64,000 nt of DNA from a virus: positions 96,001 through 160,000 of the IMG/VR virus record IMGVR_UViG_3300032223_002232. One strand, 5' to 3'. Made by a program: the position numbers and the translations under genes. Under the pieces are notes generated by a model. That model had not been told where the DNA came from, did no database searches, and worked only from the letters and a program-made list of their open reading frames with translations. Below, piece by piece: positions 48,083-58,300 of the stretch. The number at the start of each line of letters is the position of its first letter. The first letter of the stretch is position 1.

Positions 48083-50653
48083 TTAACCAATTAATTCAGA
48101 AAAATCAACGCCTGTTCTTGTTGCAATAAAGTCAGCTAAGATAAACTCAGCGGCTCTTACTGGCTTGATATAAATTGAGATTCTCAATTCATTATTATCA
48201 ATCACATCAGGTGTGTTGTTTGTTTCGTCGCAAACCAAGAGATAATCATAAAGACCATCATTTAACTTAGCCTGATCGAAGATTGGTACTAATGCACCCT
48301 TCAAACGATTTCTTGTTGCGAATGAATTTGGTTCAAACACAAAGTACTTGAGGAGTGCTTGTGCTTCTTTTTCTAAGGTTAAGAATAATCTACGAACATT
48401 AACTCTATCAAATGCTGATGGCTTGCGGAATAATGTCTTCTGACCGTATATTACGAATCCATCGTTATTGAAGTATGCAATTGGGTTGATGTTAATCTTG
48501 TAAAGCAAGTCTCTTTGCTTCTGTGTTGGATTGATTGCAAGATCGGTTACATTTGTTAATGAACCTCTATTGAAACCTGCTGGGGCAATCCAAGGGAATG
48601 ATGATTGTGCAGTTGAAGCGTAGATAGCAGATGCATAACCTGATGATGGAAGCCAAACTTGCTTATTTATGAAAGCATCATTTGTTTTAATCCAGTTACC
48701 ATATGTAGCAACATAACTACTTTGAACACTTCCAAAGAGATTCTTTAAAGGCCAGTAGATATCATTTGAGAATACATAACTCTTCTTAGCAGAAGTCTTT
48801 AAGTTTTCACCTTGTACAAAGATATGTCTAAGTGGATCTGCAATAAAGATATGATCTTTTCTTGTTTGATCTGCAAAAGAAACAAACTGATCTAAGATGT
48901 CTTTATAACCTTCATAAACATAACCATCTGGTGTATCACCAGTGTTTACCTTTAAGCCAACACCACCATTTGCAGTTGAACCTAATGTGAAATCTACATT
49001 ATAATTTTCATCATAAAGGTTATATGCTGATATATTTGCATAGTTTGGATCATATGATTTTGTATATGCACTTGCCCAAATTGTACCTAAACCAGCTTCA
49101 GCTATAATGTCTACATTTACAGAGTCATTGTCTTCAAGTTTATTGAGAATCTTTTGAAGTTTTAATGGAACTTCACCAAGATCTTTGATATTTGCATCTG
49201 TATCAGATACATAAACACCAGTTGAAATTAATGCTTTAGCTGAATCAGCTACTAAAACTGATTTAGCTGGTAATGAACCATATTTTGCATCATTAACAAT
49301 CCAATTACCAGTTTGTGATATATTTGGATTTGTGAGTACTTTAATATTCTTTGATGAATTGTTTACAACAGTATCAATAAAGAATGACGCTGGCGCACCA
49401 CCAAGAGGATTATTTTGTGTTCTGTTGGCATATAAGGAACCAGCATAACCTTCAGCAATACTATAGGTAAGAGTTACTGTATCTTGATTATATTGTGTTG
49501 TTTTAAGTTTTACGAGTAAAACAACCAAACTATCTTTGAATGTTGGTTCAAAGAAATCATAACCAGTTGGATAAAGTTCAACAATTTTTGATATGCTATT
49601 GGCAGCATTTGATGATGCAGATTGAGTAAGAGTGAAACTTAATCTTGATTCAGGAACCTTTGTAAATCTTTGAACATTACCATCATAACCTGTTACAGCT
49701 GAAATTGCTTTTATGCATGTGTAAGGTTGTGATGGGTTAAATGCTTGCTTAAGATCATCTTGACTAGCAATCGCAACATAATAACCTTCATAAAGATTAT
49801 TTACAGATGTCTTGGAATCGTTGATTACAACTAAACCAGCATTACCAATATCAGCGAATGATGATATTGCACCATTTGGTGATGCTTCCCAATTAACAGC
49901 ATTTGATGTTAATTGCTGATATTCATCTTCAGTAAGAAGTAATGATGTAGGTGCACCTAATGTGTATTCTGTACTTGATTCAAATGAACCACCAGCAACA
50001 CCTGCAACACCAATTGCAGCTGATACTTGAGCTTGTGAATCATAATTACCACCTGTCAATAAGATTAATGGCTCTGTTACATAACCACTACCAGCATGAT
50101 GAATTATGACTTCTTTAACCTTACCAACGTTTGCACTTAAAGATGGGTTTGTTAAATATGAAGAATCATAAATTACAGCATGTAATTTAGCTGGATCTTG
50201 TGGATCAAGACCATTTACACCACCACCAATAACTTCAACCATAGGTGCTACATCATAACCAAAACCAGAGTCAAATAAGTTAATTGATGTTACACCAATT
50301 ATATTTGTACCTATTGTGTTTACAGCAACTGGATAAGCAAGAACACTGTAAGAATTAGCATATCCATCACCTAAATTTGAACCATATGGTAATCTTGCAA
50401 CTGTGAGGTTTGCTGGTGAATTCAATAAAACTTGTCTTGCTGTATGATATAAATATCTTTCAGCTGCGTTTGTTGGTGTACCAAAGATTTGCTCATATTC
50501 AGATACACTACTGACACTTACAAACTCATCAGTTGGTCCTTGGTCTGAAAATCCAGTTATAAGGATATCTGTTGAGCCGATTGGTCTAGAAATTGTACTA
50601 AGATCAATTTCGTTAAATTGTACGCCCGGTGATGCTATAGTTCTTGATGACAT
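48083..50653 (-). CDS. gp18: Contractile tail sheath protein
   Basis: SPGVQFNEIDLS, PWIAPAGFNRG, INPI, GQKTL, DRVNVRRLF, FEPN, IYIKP. Confidence 0.95.
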   Translation of the reverse strand: MSSRTIASPGVQFNEIDLSTISRPIGSTDILITGFSDQGPTDEFVSVSSVSEYEQIFGTPTNAAERYLYHTARQVLLNSPANLTVARLPYGSNLGDGYANSYSVLAYPVAVNTIGTNIIGVTSINLFDSGFGYDVAPMVEVIGGGVNGLDPQDPAKLHAVIYDSSYLTNPSLSANVGKVKEVIIHHAGSGYVTEPLILLTGGNYDSQAQVSAAIGVAGVAGGSFESSTEYTLGAPTSLLLTEDEYQQLTSNAVNWEASPNGAISSFADIGNAGLVVINDSKTSVNNLYEGYYVAIASQDDLKQAFNPSQPYTCIKAISAVTGYDGNVQRFTKVPESRLSFTLTQSASSNAANSISKIVELYPTGYDFFEPTFKDSLVVLLVKLKTTQYNQDTVTLTYSIAEGYAGSLYANRTQNNPLGGAPASFFIDTVVNNSSKNIKVLTNPNISQTGNWIVNDAKYGSLPAKSVLVADSAKALISTGVYVSDTDANIKDLGEVPLKLQKILNKLEDNDSVNVDIIAEAGLGTIWASAYTKSYDPNYANISAYNLYDENYNVDFTLGSTANGGVGLKVNTGDTPDGYVYEGYKDILDQFVSFADQTRKDHIFIADPLRHIFVQGENLKTSAKKSYVFSNDIYWPLKNLFGSVQSSYVATYGNWIKTNDAFINKQVWLPSSGYASAIYASTAQSSFPWIAPAGFNRGSLTNVTDLAINPTQKQRDLLYKININPIAYFNNDGFVIYGQKTLFRKPSAFDRVNVRRLFLTLEKEAQALLKYFVFEPNSFATRNRLKGALVPIFDQAKLNDGLYDYLLVCDETNNTPDVIDNNELRISIYIKPVRAAEFILADFIATRTGVDFSELIG

Positions 50654-50733
50654 AATTTATAATACTATTTATCTTTAATTTTACCCATTTTTACAAATTG
50701 TTTTTATATCTCTCATAATAAGTAAATATAATC

Positions 50734-51003
50734 ATGAATAAATTTGATTTATTAGTATCAAGAATACTTACAGAAGCTAATTGCACAAAAGTCACACAAA
50801 AAACACATTCTACCAGAAAAGGTAAAAAGTGGATGAAATGTGTTAAGAACCCAAAAGGTGGATATAAAAGAATTCATTGGGGTCAAGCTGGTGTAAGGGT
50901 TGGAAAAAATAATCCAAAAAGAAGAAAATCATTTCGTGCTAGACATAAATGTTCTGGCGCAAAACCCGGAACTCCAAAATATCAGGCTTGTAAAGATTGG
51001 TAA
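50734..51003 (+). CDS. Small basic protein (DUF6321-like)
   Basis: KRIHWGQ..NPKRRKSFRARHKC..YQACKDW; late motif upstream. Confidence 0.65.
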   Translation: MNKFDLLVSRILTEANCTKVTQKTHSTRKGKKWMKCVKNPKGGYKRIHWGQAGVRVGKNNPKRRKSFRARHKCSGAKPGTPKYQACKDW

Positions 51004-51023
51004 AAAGTGTAAGTATATTTGTT

Positions 51024-51437
51024 ATGAGTAAATTCGATTCTATTTTAGAAACATACATTAAGGAAGGCACTGTTACAATTAATACTGACACTGCCGCCGC
51101 TGATGCAACTAAACTAAAAGGAACGCAATTAGGAAATGCTTTAGGACAGATTGCAGGTGCTGAACAACAAGGTGTGACTGATCCAAATTCAATAAAACAA
51201 CCAGCTGATATTATGCATGGTGTTTTAAGTGATGATAAAGTAAATCCATTAACTTGGGATAAAGTTAATGAACAAGACAAAGCAAAAGTTTTAGCTGCTT
51301 TAGTTGATAAAAAAATAATCCCACCATTACAAGCACAACAAGAAGCTGGTAAGGATAACAAAAAAGAAACACCATCAATAAGTGCAAGTACAACACCTCA
51401 ATCTTCACAGCAAGGTGGTACATTACAAGGTGTTTAA
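51024..51437 (+). CDS. Hypothetical late protein
   Basis: MSKFDSILETYIKE N-terminus; TAAGTA 8 nt upstream. Confidence 0.6.
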   Translation: MSKFDSILETYIKEGTVTINTDTAAADATKLKGTQLGNALGQIAGAEQQGVTDPNSIKQPADIMHGVLSDDKVNPLTWDKVNEQDKAKVLAALVDKKIIPPLQAQQEAGKDNKKETPSISASTTPQSSQQGGTLQGV

Positions 51438-51461
51438 TTAATCCACAATGGATTATAATTT

Positions 51462-52343
51462 ATGAGCAAAAAAATGCGCCCTAAAAAGGGTTCTGACAGA
51501 AAACAATCTGGCAGAATCAATCACGAAACAACTAACCCACAGGTTGGTAAACAAGAGGATAATTCTCCTTATGTATTTCAAAGAGACAAAATATCTTTTG
51601 ATTTAACAATCAAAAATTTACCTTGGACAAATAAACAAAAAGAAATTATAGCAAGATTTCTTGATAAAGGTACAAAGGTATTGATGCTTAAAGGTCCAGC
51701 AGGAACAAGTAAAACAACTCTTGCTATGTATTGTGGATTAATGCTTCTCAACATGAGAAGAATTTCAGATATGGTTCTTGTGAGATCAGCAGTTGAATCT
51801 TCTGATTCTAAATTAGGGTTTTTACCCGGAACTCTTGATGAAAAGATTGCAGTTTATCTTACACCATTCCATGACAAATTTGAAGAACTCCTCTGCAAAG
51901 CCCAATTAGACAGGCTCCAGAAGGACAATCGTTTAACAATTTGCCCAATCAACTTTGCAAGAGGTCTTCACTTTTCTGCAAAATTTGTTTGTGCTGATGA
52001 AGTACAGAATTTTTCTAAAAAAGAAATTCATACTCTCATGAGTCGTATTGGTGAATTCTCAAAGGTATTTCTTTGTGGTGATCCAGAACAGAGTGATCTT
52101 CCTTATGGTAAATCAGGCTTTGATAAAGTTTACAATCTTTTTGATAATGATGAAGCAAAAGCTCAAGGTATATTCTGTATGGAATTAACTGAAGATGATA
52201 TTGTTCGTTCTGAACTTTGCAAATTCATTACACATAAGTTTAAAGAACTTTATATTGCCGATCAACATAAAGATGCTCAACATCAACAGCATATTAAAGA
52301 GAATCAACATAAAGATGCTTGGAAACCATCAGAAGGTAAGTAA
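51462..52343 (+). CDS. phoH: PhoH-like ATPase
   Basis: GPAGTSKT, LGFLPGTLDEK, ARG, DEVQN, SRIG, GDPEQSD, DIVRS. Confidence 0.92.
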   Translation: MSKKMRPKKGSDRKQSGRINHETTNPQVGKQEDNSPYVFQRDKISFDLTIKNLPWTNKQKEIIARFLDKGTKVLMLKGPAGTSKTTLAMYCGLMLLNMRRISDMVLVRSAVESSDSKLGFLPGTLDEKIAVYLTPFHDKFEELLCKAQLDRLQKDNRLTICPINFARGLHFSAKFVCADEVQNFSKKEIHTLMSRIGEFSKVFLCGDPEQSDLPYGKSGFDKVYNLFDNDEAKAQGIFCMELTEDDIVRSELCKFITHKFKELYIADQHKDAQHQQHIKENQHKDAWKPSEGK

Positions 52344-52352
52344 GTATATATT

Positions 52353-52535
52353 ATGAATAATAATCCCCAATATCAGAATGTAGAAAACAGACCAATCGGT
52401 TGTACTTTTTGTGGCGCACATGTCCAAGGAAGAGTTAATGAAAAACTCAATCCTAAAACAAAACAAGTTATAAAAGAATGCCGTTGGGTTTGTTCTCGTT
52501 GCGGTAACGTTGTTAAAATCGGAAACGTTAACTAA
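52353..52535 (+). CDS. Small zinc-ribbon protein
   Basis: CTFC...CSRC; TAAGTA 6 nt upstream. Confidence 0.65.
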   Translation: MNNNPQYQNVENRPIGCTFCGAHVQGRVNEKLNPKTKQVIKECRWVCSRCGNVVKIGNVN

Positions 52536-53029
52536 TGGATCTAAACCAGATACTTGAAGAAATCTATGATAGGGGTGGTGGTAGCTATCCAGCTTACAGC
52601 CAAGCTCCTCGTAAAGATTTTGCTCCAATATCTACAAAGGGAGGATATGATTATCCTTATCAACAAACAGGTGTAGCTGGTGCTTTTACCGAGCCACCAC
52701 CAGATGCACCTATAATTTTACCTTGGCCTATGCAAACCGTTACTGATGATTTAGCTGATGGATTTGTATTGATAATGTCAGCAGCAAATAAAATTGTGCA
52801 ATGTGTTAATTCAAATCCAGCTTTAACTGAAACACAAAAAGAAGAATTAATAGAAATTTATAAGAAAACAAAACAGGCTTTAGATTTAATTAAAACAGTT
52901 GGAATTAATATTGGTAAATCAAATATAGCTGGTCCTCAACCATCACAGAATCCAGTTCCAGCACCAGCAAACCCAGCACCAGATTCTCTTCCAAGTACAG
53001 GTAATACAGTAGTAATTAAATTACCTTGA
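52535..53029 (+). CDS. Hypothetical protein
   Basis: TAATG-coupled ORF. Confidence 0.6.
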   Translation: MDLNQILEEIYDRGGGSYPAYSQAPRKDFAPISTKGGYDYPYQQTGVAGAFTEPPPDAPIILPWPMQTVTDDLADGFVLIMSAANKIVQCVNSNPALTETQKEELIEIYKKTKQALDLIKTVGINIGKSNIAGPQPSQNPVPAPANPAPDSLPSTGNTVVIKLP

Positions 53030-53060
53030 CAATAATATTCTAACACTATAGTATAGTGCT

Positions 53061-53495
53061 ATGGATAAAAACAAAATTCGTTGGGATATAATACAGTCAA
53101 CATTAACTGTTATTTTTACATCATCTCTTATTGCGGTATCAGCACTCCTTTTTGGTATTAATTGGATTGCAACATTTATATTAGCATTTGTTTTACAATA
53201 TATTTTATTTTCATTTTTTGGAAATATTATTAACAATTATTTTGCAGAGAAAACAAGACAAAAACAATTAGATACATTAGAACCACTTTCAACTATTTTA
53301 GAATGTGCATATTGTAATGCAAAAAACATAATGACATTTCTTCCAGATGAAACTGAAAGAATTGAATTTGAATGTGATTCTTGTAAGAAGAAAAATCTTG
53401 TTAGTATTCAGTTTGTTGTTGCAAGAATTACAGATGCTGTTACTATTAATACAACAACCAACATTCCTTTAATCGATGAAAAAAATGAAATCTAA
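53061..53495 (+). CDS. Two-TM membrane protein with C-terminal zinc ribbon
   Basis: Two hydrophobic helices, CAYC..CDSC; TTGACA-17nt-TAGTAT promoter 6 nt upstream. Confidence 0.65.
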   Translation: MDKNKIRWDIIQSTLTVIFTSSLIAVSALLFGINWIATFILAFVLQYILFSFFGNIINNYFAEKTRQKQLDTLEPLSTILECAYCNAKNIMTFLPDETERIEFECDSCKKKNLVSIQFVVARITDAVTINTTTNIPLIDEKNEI

Positions 53496-53778
53496 AAATT
53501 GGGAAAACATTCACGATGAAGCATCCAAGTGGGCTAGATGGATTGCATTATATGAAGCTGTAAATTATCTTGCAGATAAAGCACAAGAGAAAGGTTTAAA
53601 GTTTGAAAAGTTAGATTTAAAGCCTCTTAAAATATTAGAGTATATTGAATCAACACAAGATATTATTTTAAGAAAATTATTGAAACAAGAATATAATATT
53701 GATGTATGTTATTCAGATGTTCAATATGATTCAGAATTAAATCCTATTCCACAAAAAGAATATCAATATTCACCGTAA
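53476..53778 (+). CDS. Hypothetical protein
   Basis: Overlapping ORF. Confidence 0.55.
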   Translation: MKKMKSKNWENIHDEASKWARWIALYEAVNYLADKAQEKGLKFEKLDLKPLKILEYIESTQDIILRKLLKQEYNIDVCYSDVQYDSELNPIPQKEYQYSP

Positions 53779-54392
53779 ACACTATCATTACTACAAGGAT
53801 TTTCTTCTTCGTAGTTAAAGTTAGAATCAGCAAGTTGTTCTAATATGTCATTATCATTATTAGCAACATTTCCGATACCAGAACCCGGTGATCCATTTTC
53901 GAATGAGTAGTCGTATCTCTTGGCTTTCCAGAACCAAACATAGTGACCACCTAAAGCATTTAATTGAAATTCATCAATAACTTCAGTTAATTCATATACA
54001 GATGGTCCTCTTTTTGGAAAATTAATACGATCACTACCAAATTCTTCCATGAATAAAAGATCACCATTTTTAGGTTCAGCAGATACACCAAATGCAGTTG
54101 TAAAATGTTTGGGATGAATAACACCTGTCATATCACTATCAGCTACAATACCAAATTTTGACAATAGATAAGAATCATTCGTAAGGTTTAATAATACAAT
54201 TAAAGGTTTTGATGCTGCAAATCCAGCATCAGGTTCTTCACCATAAAGAACATTCATTCCTGTCAACGATGATTGATTTGAATAGTATTGTATTTGTTGT
54301 CCGTAAATTCCTATTTGCTCATACCACCAATTAGAAAAGTTTTGCCTTTCTTGTGTATTAACACCTTTATTTAAATAACGTAATGTTTCCAT
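53763..54392 (-). CDS. gp14: Neck/head-closure protein (gp14-like)
   Basis: EQIGIYG, LYGE, LSKFGI, PKNGDL, YELTEV, RYDYS. Confidence 0.7.
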   Translation of the reverse strand: METLRYLNKGVNTQERQNFSNWWYEQIGIYGQQIQYYSNQSSLTGMNVLYGEEPDAGFAASKPLIVLLNLTNDSYLLSKFGIVADSDMTGVIHPKHFTTAFGVSAEPKNGDLLFMEEFGSDRINFPKRGPSVYELTEVIDEFQLNALGGHYVWFWKAKRYDYSFENGSPGSGIGNVANNDNDILEQLADSNFNYEEENPCSNDSVYGEY

Positions 54393-54779
54393 TTATTCTC
54401 CTTTATATTTCAATATATAAACTTTAGGTGATATTAAAACTAAATGAACACCAGTTTGTTTTATTGCCTTTGATGTTTCTTGTGGTGTTGGACAAACATT
54501 ATATTTTTGTATAATATCAAGTGCTTCTGGATGAGATAAAGCAACGCCTTGATTTGGATCTTTTCTATTTAAACATAAAGTAATTTTAGGATGTTCATGT
54601 TTTTTTTCTGTATGAGTCTTTGCAACGAAATATGGATTTTTTCTATTAAGACCTGAACCCATTAATCTACCAACAGTTTTATGATGTTCACTTCCAGTAT
54701 TAATACCCATCTTTGATGCTTTCTTTTCATCAGCACTTAAAGATAAGGCATTTCCATTATAAAAATCTTTAAAATTCAC
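54393..54779 (-). CDS. Hypothetical late protein
   Basis: GTG start 5 nt after TAAGTA; MNFKDFY N-terminus. Confidence 0.55.
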   Translation of the reverse strand: MNFKDFYNGNALSLSADEKKASKMGINTGSEHHKTVGRLMGSGLNRKNPYFVAKTHTEKKHEHPKITLCLNRKDPNQGVALSHPEALDIIQKYNVCPTPQETSKAIKQTGVHLVLISPKVYILKYKGE

Positions 54780-54793
54780 AAGTATACTTACAC

Positions 54794-54825
54794 AAAAAAA
54801 CCCCGCCGTAGCGGGGTTTTCTTTT
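54794..54825 (-). terminator. Intrinsic terminator (potentially bidirectional)
   Basis: CCCCGC-TACG-GCGGGG-T7 on the minus strand (cUACGg tetraloop); T-run also on the plus strand. Confidence 0.9.
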
Positions 54826-54838
54826 ATATTAATTTATT

Positions 54839-55705
54839 TTATTCTTGATCAAATAAAGTCTTACCAACTTTATCTACAGAACCAACTTTGTTACTACCTT
54901 TACCAGTGTGCTTTGAAACACCAGCTTCTGTGGAGTGAGCTTTTGCTACACCATCATGGCCTTTACCTGTTGATGGTGTTTGTGCTGACTTCTTTGTTAC
55001 TGGAACTGCACCTTTAACTTCTTTCTTTGACTTATCTGCTAAAGATAAACCTTCAGCACCAGCGAGTTCTTGCATATCAACTGCTTCCTTGAATGGATTC
55101 TCGCCTTCTTCAGACTCTTCACCCTCTTCGGAACCACCAAATGCATGTTCAGCTTCTTCTTCACCTTCAGACTCTTCACCTTCATGTTCTTCATCACCAA
55201 CGAGAACGTTTTGAAGAAGTTCAAGTAATTTGTGTGCTGTTTCTTTATCAAGTTCAAGAGTTACTGTTTCATCTTCACCCTCTTCACCTTCACCGAACTC
55301 GTCGGATTCTTCATCAGATGATTCGCCACCAAATGGTTCAGCTACTCCAAAAGATGAATCTTCTGGTGTCTTGCCTGTTGAGAAGGACATTTCTTCGCCT
55401 TCTTCACTTAAAATTTTGCTATATAATGCATCAAATGGATTCTTTGCTTCATAAGAAACTGAATTCTTTTTAGCTTCACCATCTGTTTCTGCACTCTGTG
55501 TTAAGTGTGCAGGTGCTTCTTCTGGTGATTCAACATCATCAGCTGATTCAGGTCCAGTTTTCTTTTGCGGTGCTTTATTTTTTTCACTTTCAGCGTTGCC
55601 GAAAACTTTACCAGTTTGTGAGGTTTCACCTTCAACCTTCTGACCTTTTTGGAGATCTTCAGATTCTGTGATGATTTTGAGATATGCTTTTGTTAATGGG
55701 TCCAT
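54839..55705 (-). CDS. Highly acidic low-complexity protein, candidate prohead core/scaffold
   Basis: Glu-rich; TATAAATA 7 nt upstream; own terminator; repeated Y-x-K-I-[IL]-x-E motif. Confidence 0.5.
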   Translation of the reverse strand: MDPLTKAYLKIITESEDLQKGQKVEGETSQTGKVFGNAESEKNKAPQKKTGPESADDVESPEEAPAHLTQSAETDGEAKKNSVSYEAKNPFDALYSKILSEEGEEMSFSTGKTPEDSSFGVAEPFGGESSDEESDEFGEGEEGEDETVTLELDKETAHKLLELLQNVLVGDEEHEGEESEGEEEAEHAFGGSEEGEESEEGENPFKEAVDMQELAGAEGLSLADKSKKEVKGAVPVTKKSAQTPSTGKGHDGVAKAHSTEAGVSKHTGKGSNKVGSVDKVGKTLFDQE

Positions 55706-55755
55706 ATGTTGTTATTTATATTTACCCTACACTTATTCCATTTCCATATTTTTTT

Positions 55756-56610
55756 TTACAAATTATTTAATATGGTTTCTGCTTCGTCTTTTAAATTAAG
55801 TGTTGGATATAATATATAATTATCCTTTCCACATACCCAAACGATATTTCCATCACCAACTTCAAATGGTGTATTCCTTTCTATAATCAGCTTATAGAGC
55901 CATATTTGTAAACTATATTTTACAAGCTCACAATTTTGTAAATGTGTAAATGGTGCAAGTAATCTTTCACCTCTTGGATTTTCAATTTTAATTTCTTTAT
56001 TAGTCTTATAATCAAATATAGATAACTTCTTTGTTTTTTTGTTATATGACAAATTATCAAGAGTTCCACATAATTTGGATTTATCATCACCAATTACAAA
56101 TTCAGATTTTATTAAAACGTGATCTTGCTTCCACCATTCATAAAAATTTAAAAAGTTATTAATAAGATGTGCCATTTCACCATAATATTGATCAACATCA
56201 GATTGATCAAATTTACTTTTATTTTGTGCAAGGAACACCATAAAAGCTTCCTTATCCAAAGCAATCTTTCTACGTTCTAAGAAATTCTCTACAAATAAAT
56301 GAAACTCAGATCCTTTATGACAAGAATAATCTCTTTTATAAGCCCATTCAGCTAATACATCATCAACATCCTTACCATCACGTTTCGCTACATTCCTAGC
56401 AACACGATCAGTTTCAAATTCCTTTTCATATTTCTTTAATGCACCAGAGACTGAAGTCTTTGCTGGTGTATCACCTATAGTGTATTTGTGATTTTTATCA
56501 AAGAATTTTACATGTGAAAATGCTTCAGTTAATGTTACGAGAGAGTCAAAATTAAGCATTGCCGAATCCGATAACTCTGTTTGATTCTGATTTTTTGGGT
56601 TTGTTTCCAT
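55756..56610 (-). CDS. PD-(D/E)XK exonuclease (RecB/Cas4-like)
   Basis: GSEFH, SEF, GTLD, DYKTNK, YSLQ..LY. Confidence 0.85.
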   Translation of the reverse strand: METNPKNQNQTELSDSAMLNFDSLVTLTEAFSHVKFFDKNHKYTIGDTPAKTSVSGALKKYEKEFETDRVARNVAKRDGKDVDDVLAEWAYKRDYSCHKGSEFHLFVENFLERRKIALDKEAFMVFLAQNKSKFDQSDVDQYYGEMAHLINNFLNFYEWWKQDHVLIKSEFVIGDDKSKLCGTLDNLSYNKKTKKLSIFDYKTNKEIKIENPRGERLLAPFTHLQNCELVKYSLQIWLYKLIIERNTPFEVGDGNIVWVCGKDNYILYPTLNLKDEAETILNNL

Positions 56611-57769
56611 ATAGTTCTACTTCTTTTTCTAAATTATAAATGTCACTTATTGATAAAGGTTCAGTAATTTTTTCTTCAATAAATTTCTTTGGGTACTTCA
56701 AATGTTTTGCAAGTTTTTTAGCATCCTCAATTGATAACGCACCAAACTCATATTCAGCTTGAAGTCTACCCTTTCTCTTTAGAGCATCATCAATATCTTG
56801 TTTAGGGCAATTGTAAGTTACAATTACTGAAGTCTTTAATATATCACTAAGGATACCATCTGACAAGTTTAATAATGATGATACAGCAGATGAATCCATT
56901 CCATCACCCTGTCTTTTCATAATTGCCTTTTCAGCATCTTCAAGAATGATGACAGAGTTTGGTTTTGAAATTAAAGTATGTAAACAGTTTGGATCAGAAG
57001 TAAAATTCTCAATCATTGTTGTTGGGATGTAAATGAAATCCCTATTAACTTTATCTGCTAAATACTTGATATAGGTAGTTTTACCAGTTCCGGGCATTCC
57101 ATGAAACATGAATAAACCATTGGGTTTCTCCATAAGTCTCTCTTTAATAAGTTTATCAATTGGTAAAAAGTCTTTACCATAATTTAATTCCAAATTTAAA
57201 TCCTTTGGAAGATTAACTGAAATTGGTTCAAACGTATATTCACCAAATTGGTTTTTAATAAATAAGTGAACTTTTGTTTTATTGTCATCAGCAACAATAA
57301 ACTGATCAAAATCAGATATATCAATTTTTTCTAAGTTTGATGGATATGTTATATGTAAGTTATATATTTTCTTTTCAGTTATTTTTTTCTTATCATCTTC
57401 TGAAACAATACCAACATCTCTTAATCTGTAGCTTAAACCAAACTCATCATCTGATGATTCATTTTTAACTGAAATCTTTAAGTAATAATTTTTATACTTG
57501 AACCAGAAAAATCCATTTTTAAAGTTCTTGTAATCAGATTGACATGGTTTTAATTCACCGTTAATTGATGAATTAAGGTATATCGCATTTTTAAGTAAAA
57601 ATGGTAAAATCCCCTCACTAAAGGTATCATCCAAATAAAGATATGATGGAGCAAACCCATAAGTCGTTGTAATGTAATTCCTTATAGGGAAATCATTGCT
57701 CATTTCTACTTTAAAGTGTGTATCTTCAGTGTTAATAGACACTACGTTGTTTTTTCTTATTGGAAGCAT
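56552..57769 (-). CDS. AAA+ ATPase
   Basis: HGMPGTGKT, ILEDAE, LLNLSDG, ALKRKGR. Confidence 0.9.
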   Translation of the reverse strand: MLPIRKNNVVSINTEDTHFKVEMSNDFPIRNYITTTYGFAPSYLYLDDTFSEGILPFLLKNAIYLNSSINGELKPCQSDYKNFKNGFFWFKYKNYYLKISVKNESSDDEFGLSYRLRDVGIVSEDDKKKITEKKIYNLHITYPSNLEKIDISDFDQFIVADDNKTKVHLFIKNQFGEYTFEPISVNLPKDLNLELNYGKDFLPIDKLIKERLMEKPNGLFMFHGMPGTGKTTYIKYLADKVNRDFIYIPTTMIENFTSDPNCLHTLISKPNSVIILEDAEKAIMKRQGDGMDSSAVSSLLNLSDGILSDILKTSVIVTYNCPKQDIDDALKRKGRLQAEYEFGALSIEDAKKLAKHLKYPKKFIEEKITEPLSISDIYNLEKEVELYGNKPKKSESNRVIGFGNA

Positions 57770-57860
57770 TCTTATACTTTAACTGAAACCTCAGAAAAAG
57801 CAATAAAATATTGACATTCCATTAATTTTATTAGATCATGCTTTTCTTATAAATATTAAT

Positions 57861-58244
57861 ATGCAACGTTTATCTAAAAAGGAAATGAGCTTGATTCACA
57901 AGCGTTGCGTGAATTTGATAAGACGTAAACCACCAGAGTTTTTGGTTTTCAAAAAACTTGGTATTTATGGTTGGTGTTTATATGACGAGGATGTACTATT
58001 AGTCGATCATAGAAAATCACCAATAAGAACAGCATATCATGAATGCATACATTACTTGTATCCAGATTGGAGTGAAACAAAGGTTCTTAGAGCAGAATCT
58101 CAAATGATAAACAAATTGTCAATGTTGGAAATTGCACAATTCATGAAATATGTTTCCATTAAACTTTACAAAAGCGAACTTTCTAAAAAGATTTTCAAAA
58201 CACGAAAAGCTAATAAGCGAAAAAAAATTAAAAAGAAAAAATAA
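57861..58244 (+). CDS. Small zincin-like HExxH protein
   Basis: YGWC...TAYHECIH...SE; Lys-rich tail; TATAAATA 5 nt upstream. Confidence 0.6.
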   Translation: MQRLSKKEMSLIHKRCVNLIRRKPPEFLVFKKLGIYGWCLYDEDVLLVDHRKSPIRTAYHECIHYLYPDWSETKVLRAESQMINKLSMLEIAQFMKYVSIKLYKSELSKKIFKTRKANKRKKIKKKK

Positions 58245-58300
58245 AAGAGTTGTGTGATATTACACAAGATGATATAATTTAATAAGTAGTACACAACTTT

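Noticed and set aside
52261-52319. 17-bp direct repeat ATCAACATAAAGATGCT at the phoH 3' end
   Set aside because: Only two in-frame copies in a low-complexity tail; a local duplication rather than an array or att site
58250-58267. Palindrome upstream of nrdB as an NrdR box
   Set aside because: Arms are arranged GTGT...ACAC, opposite to the ACAC...GTGT consensus, and there is no tandem second box
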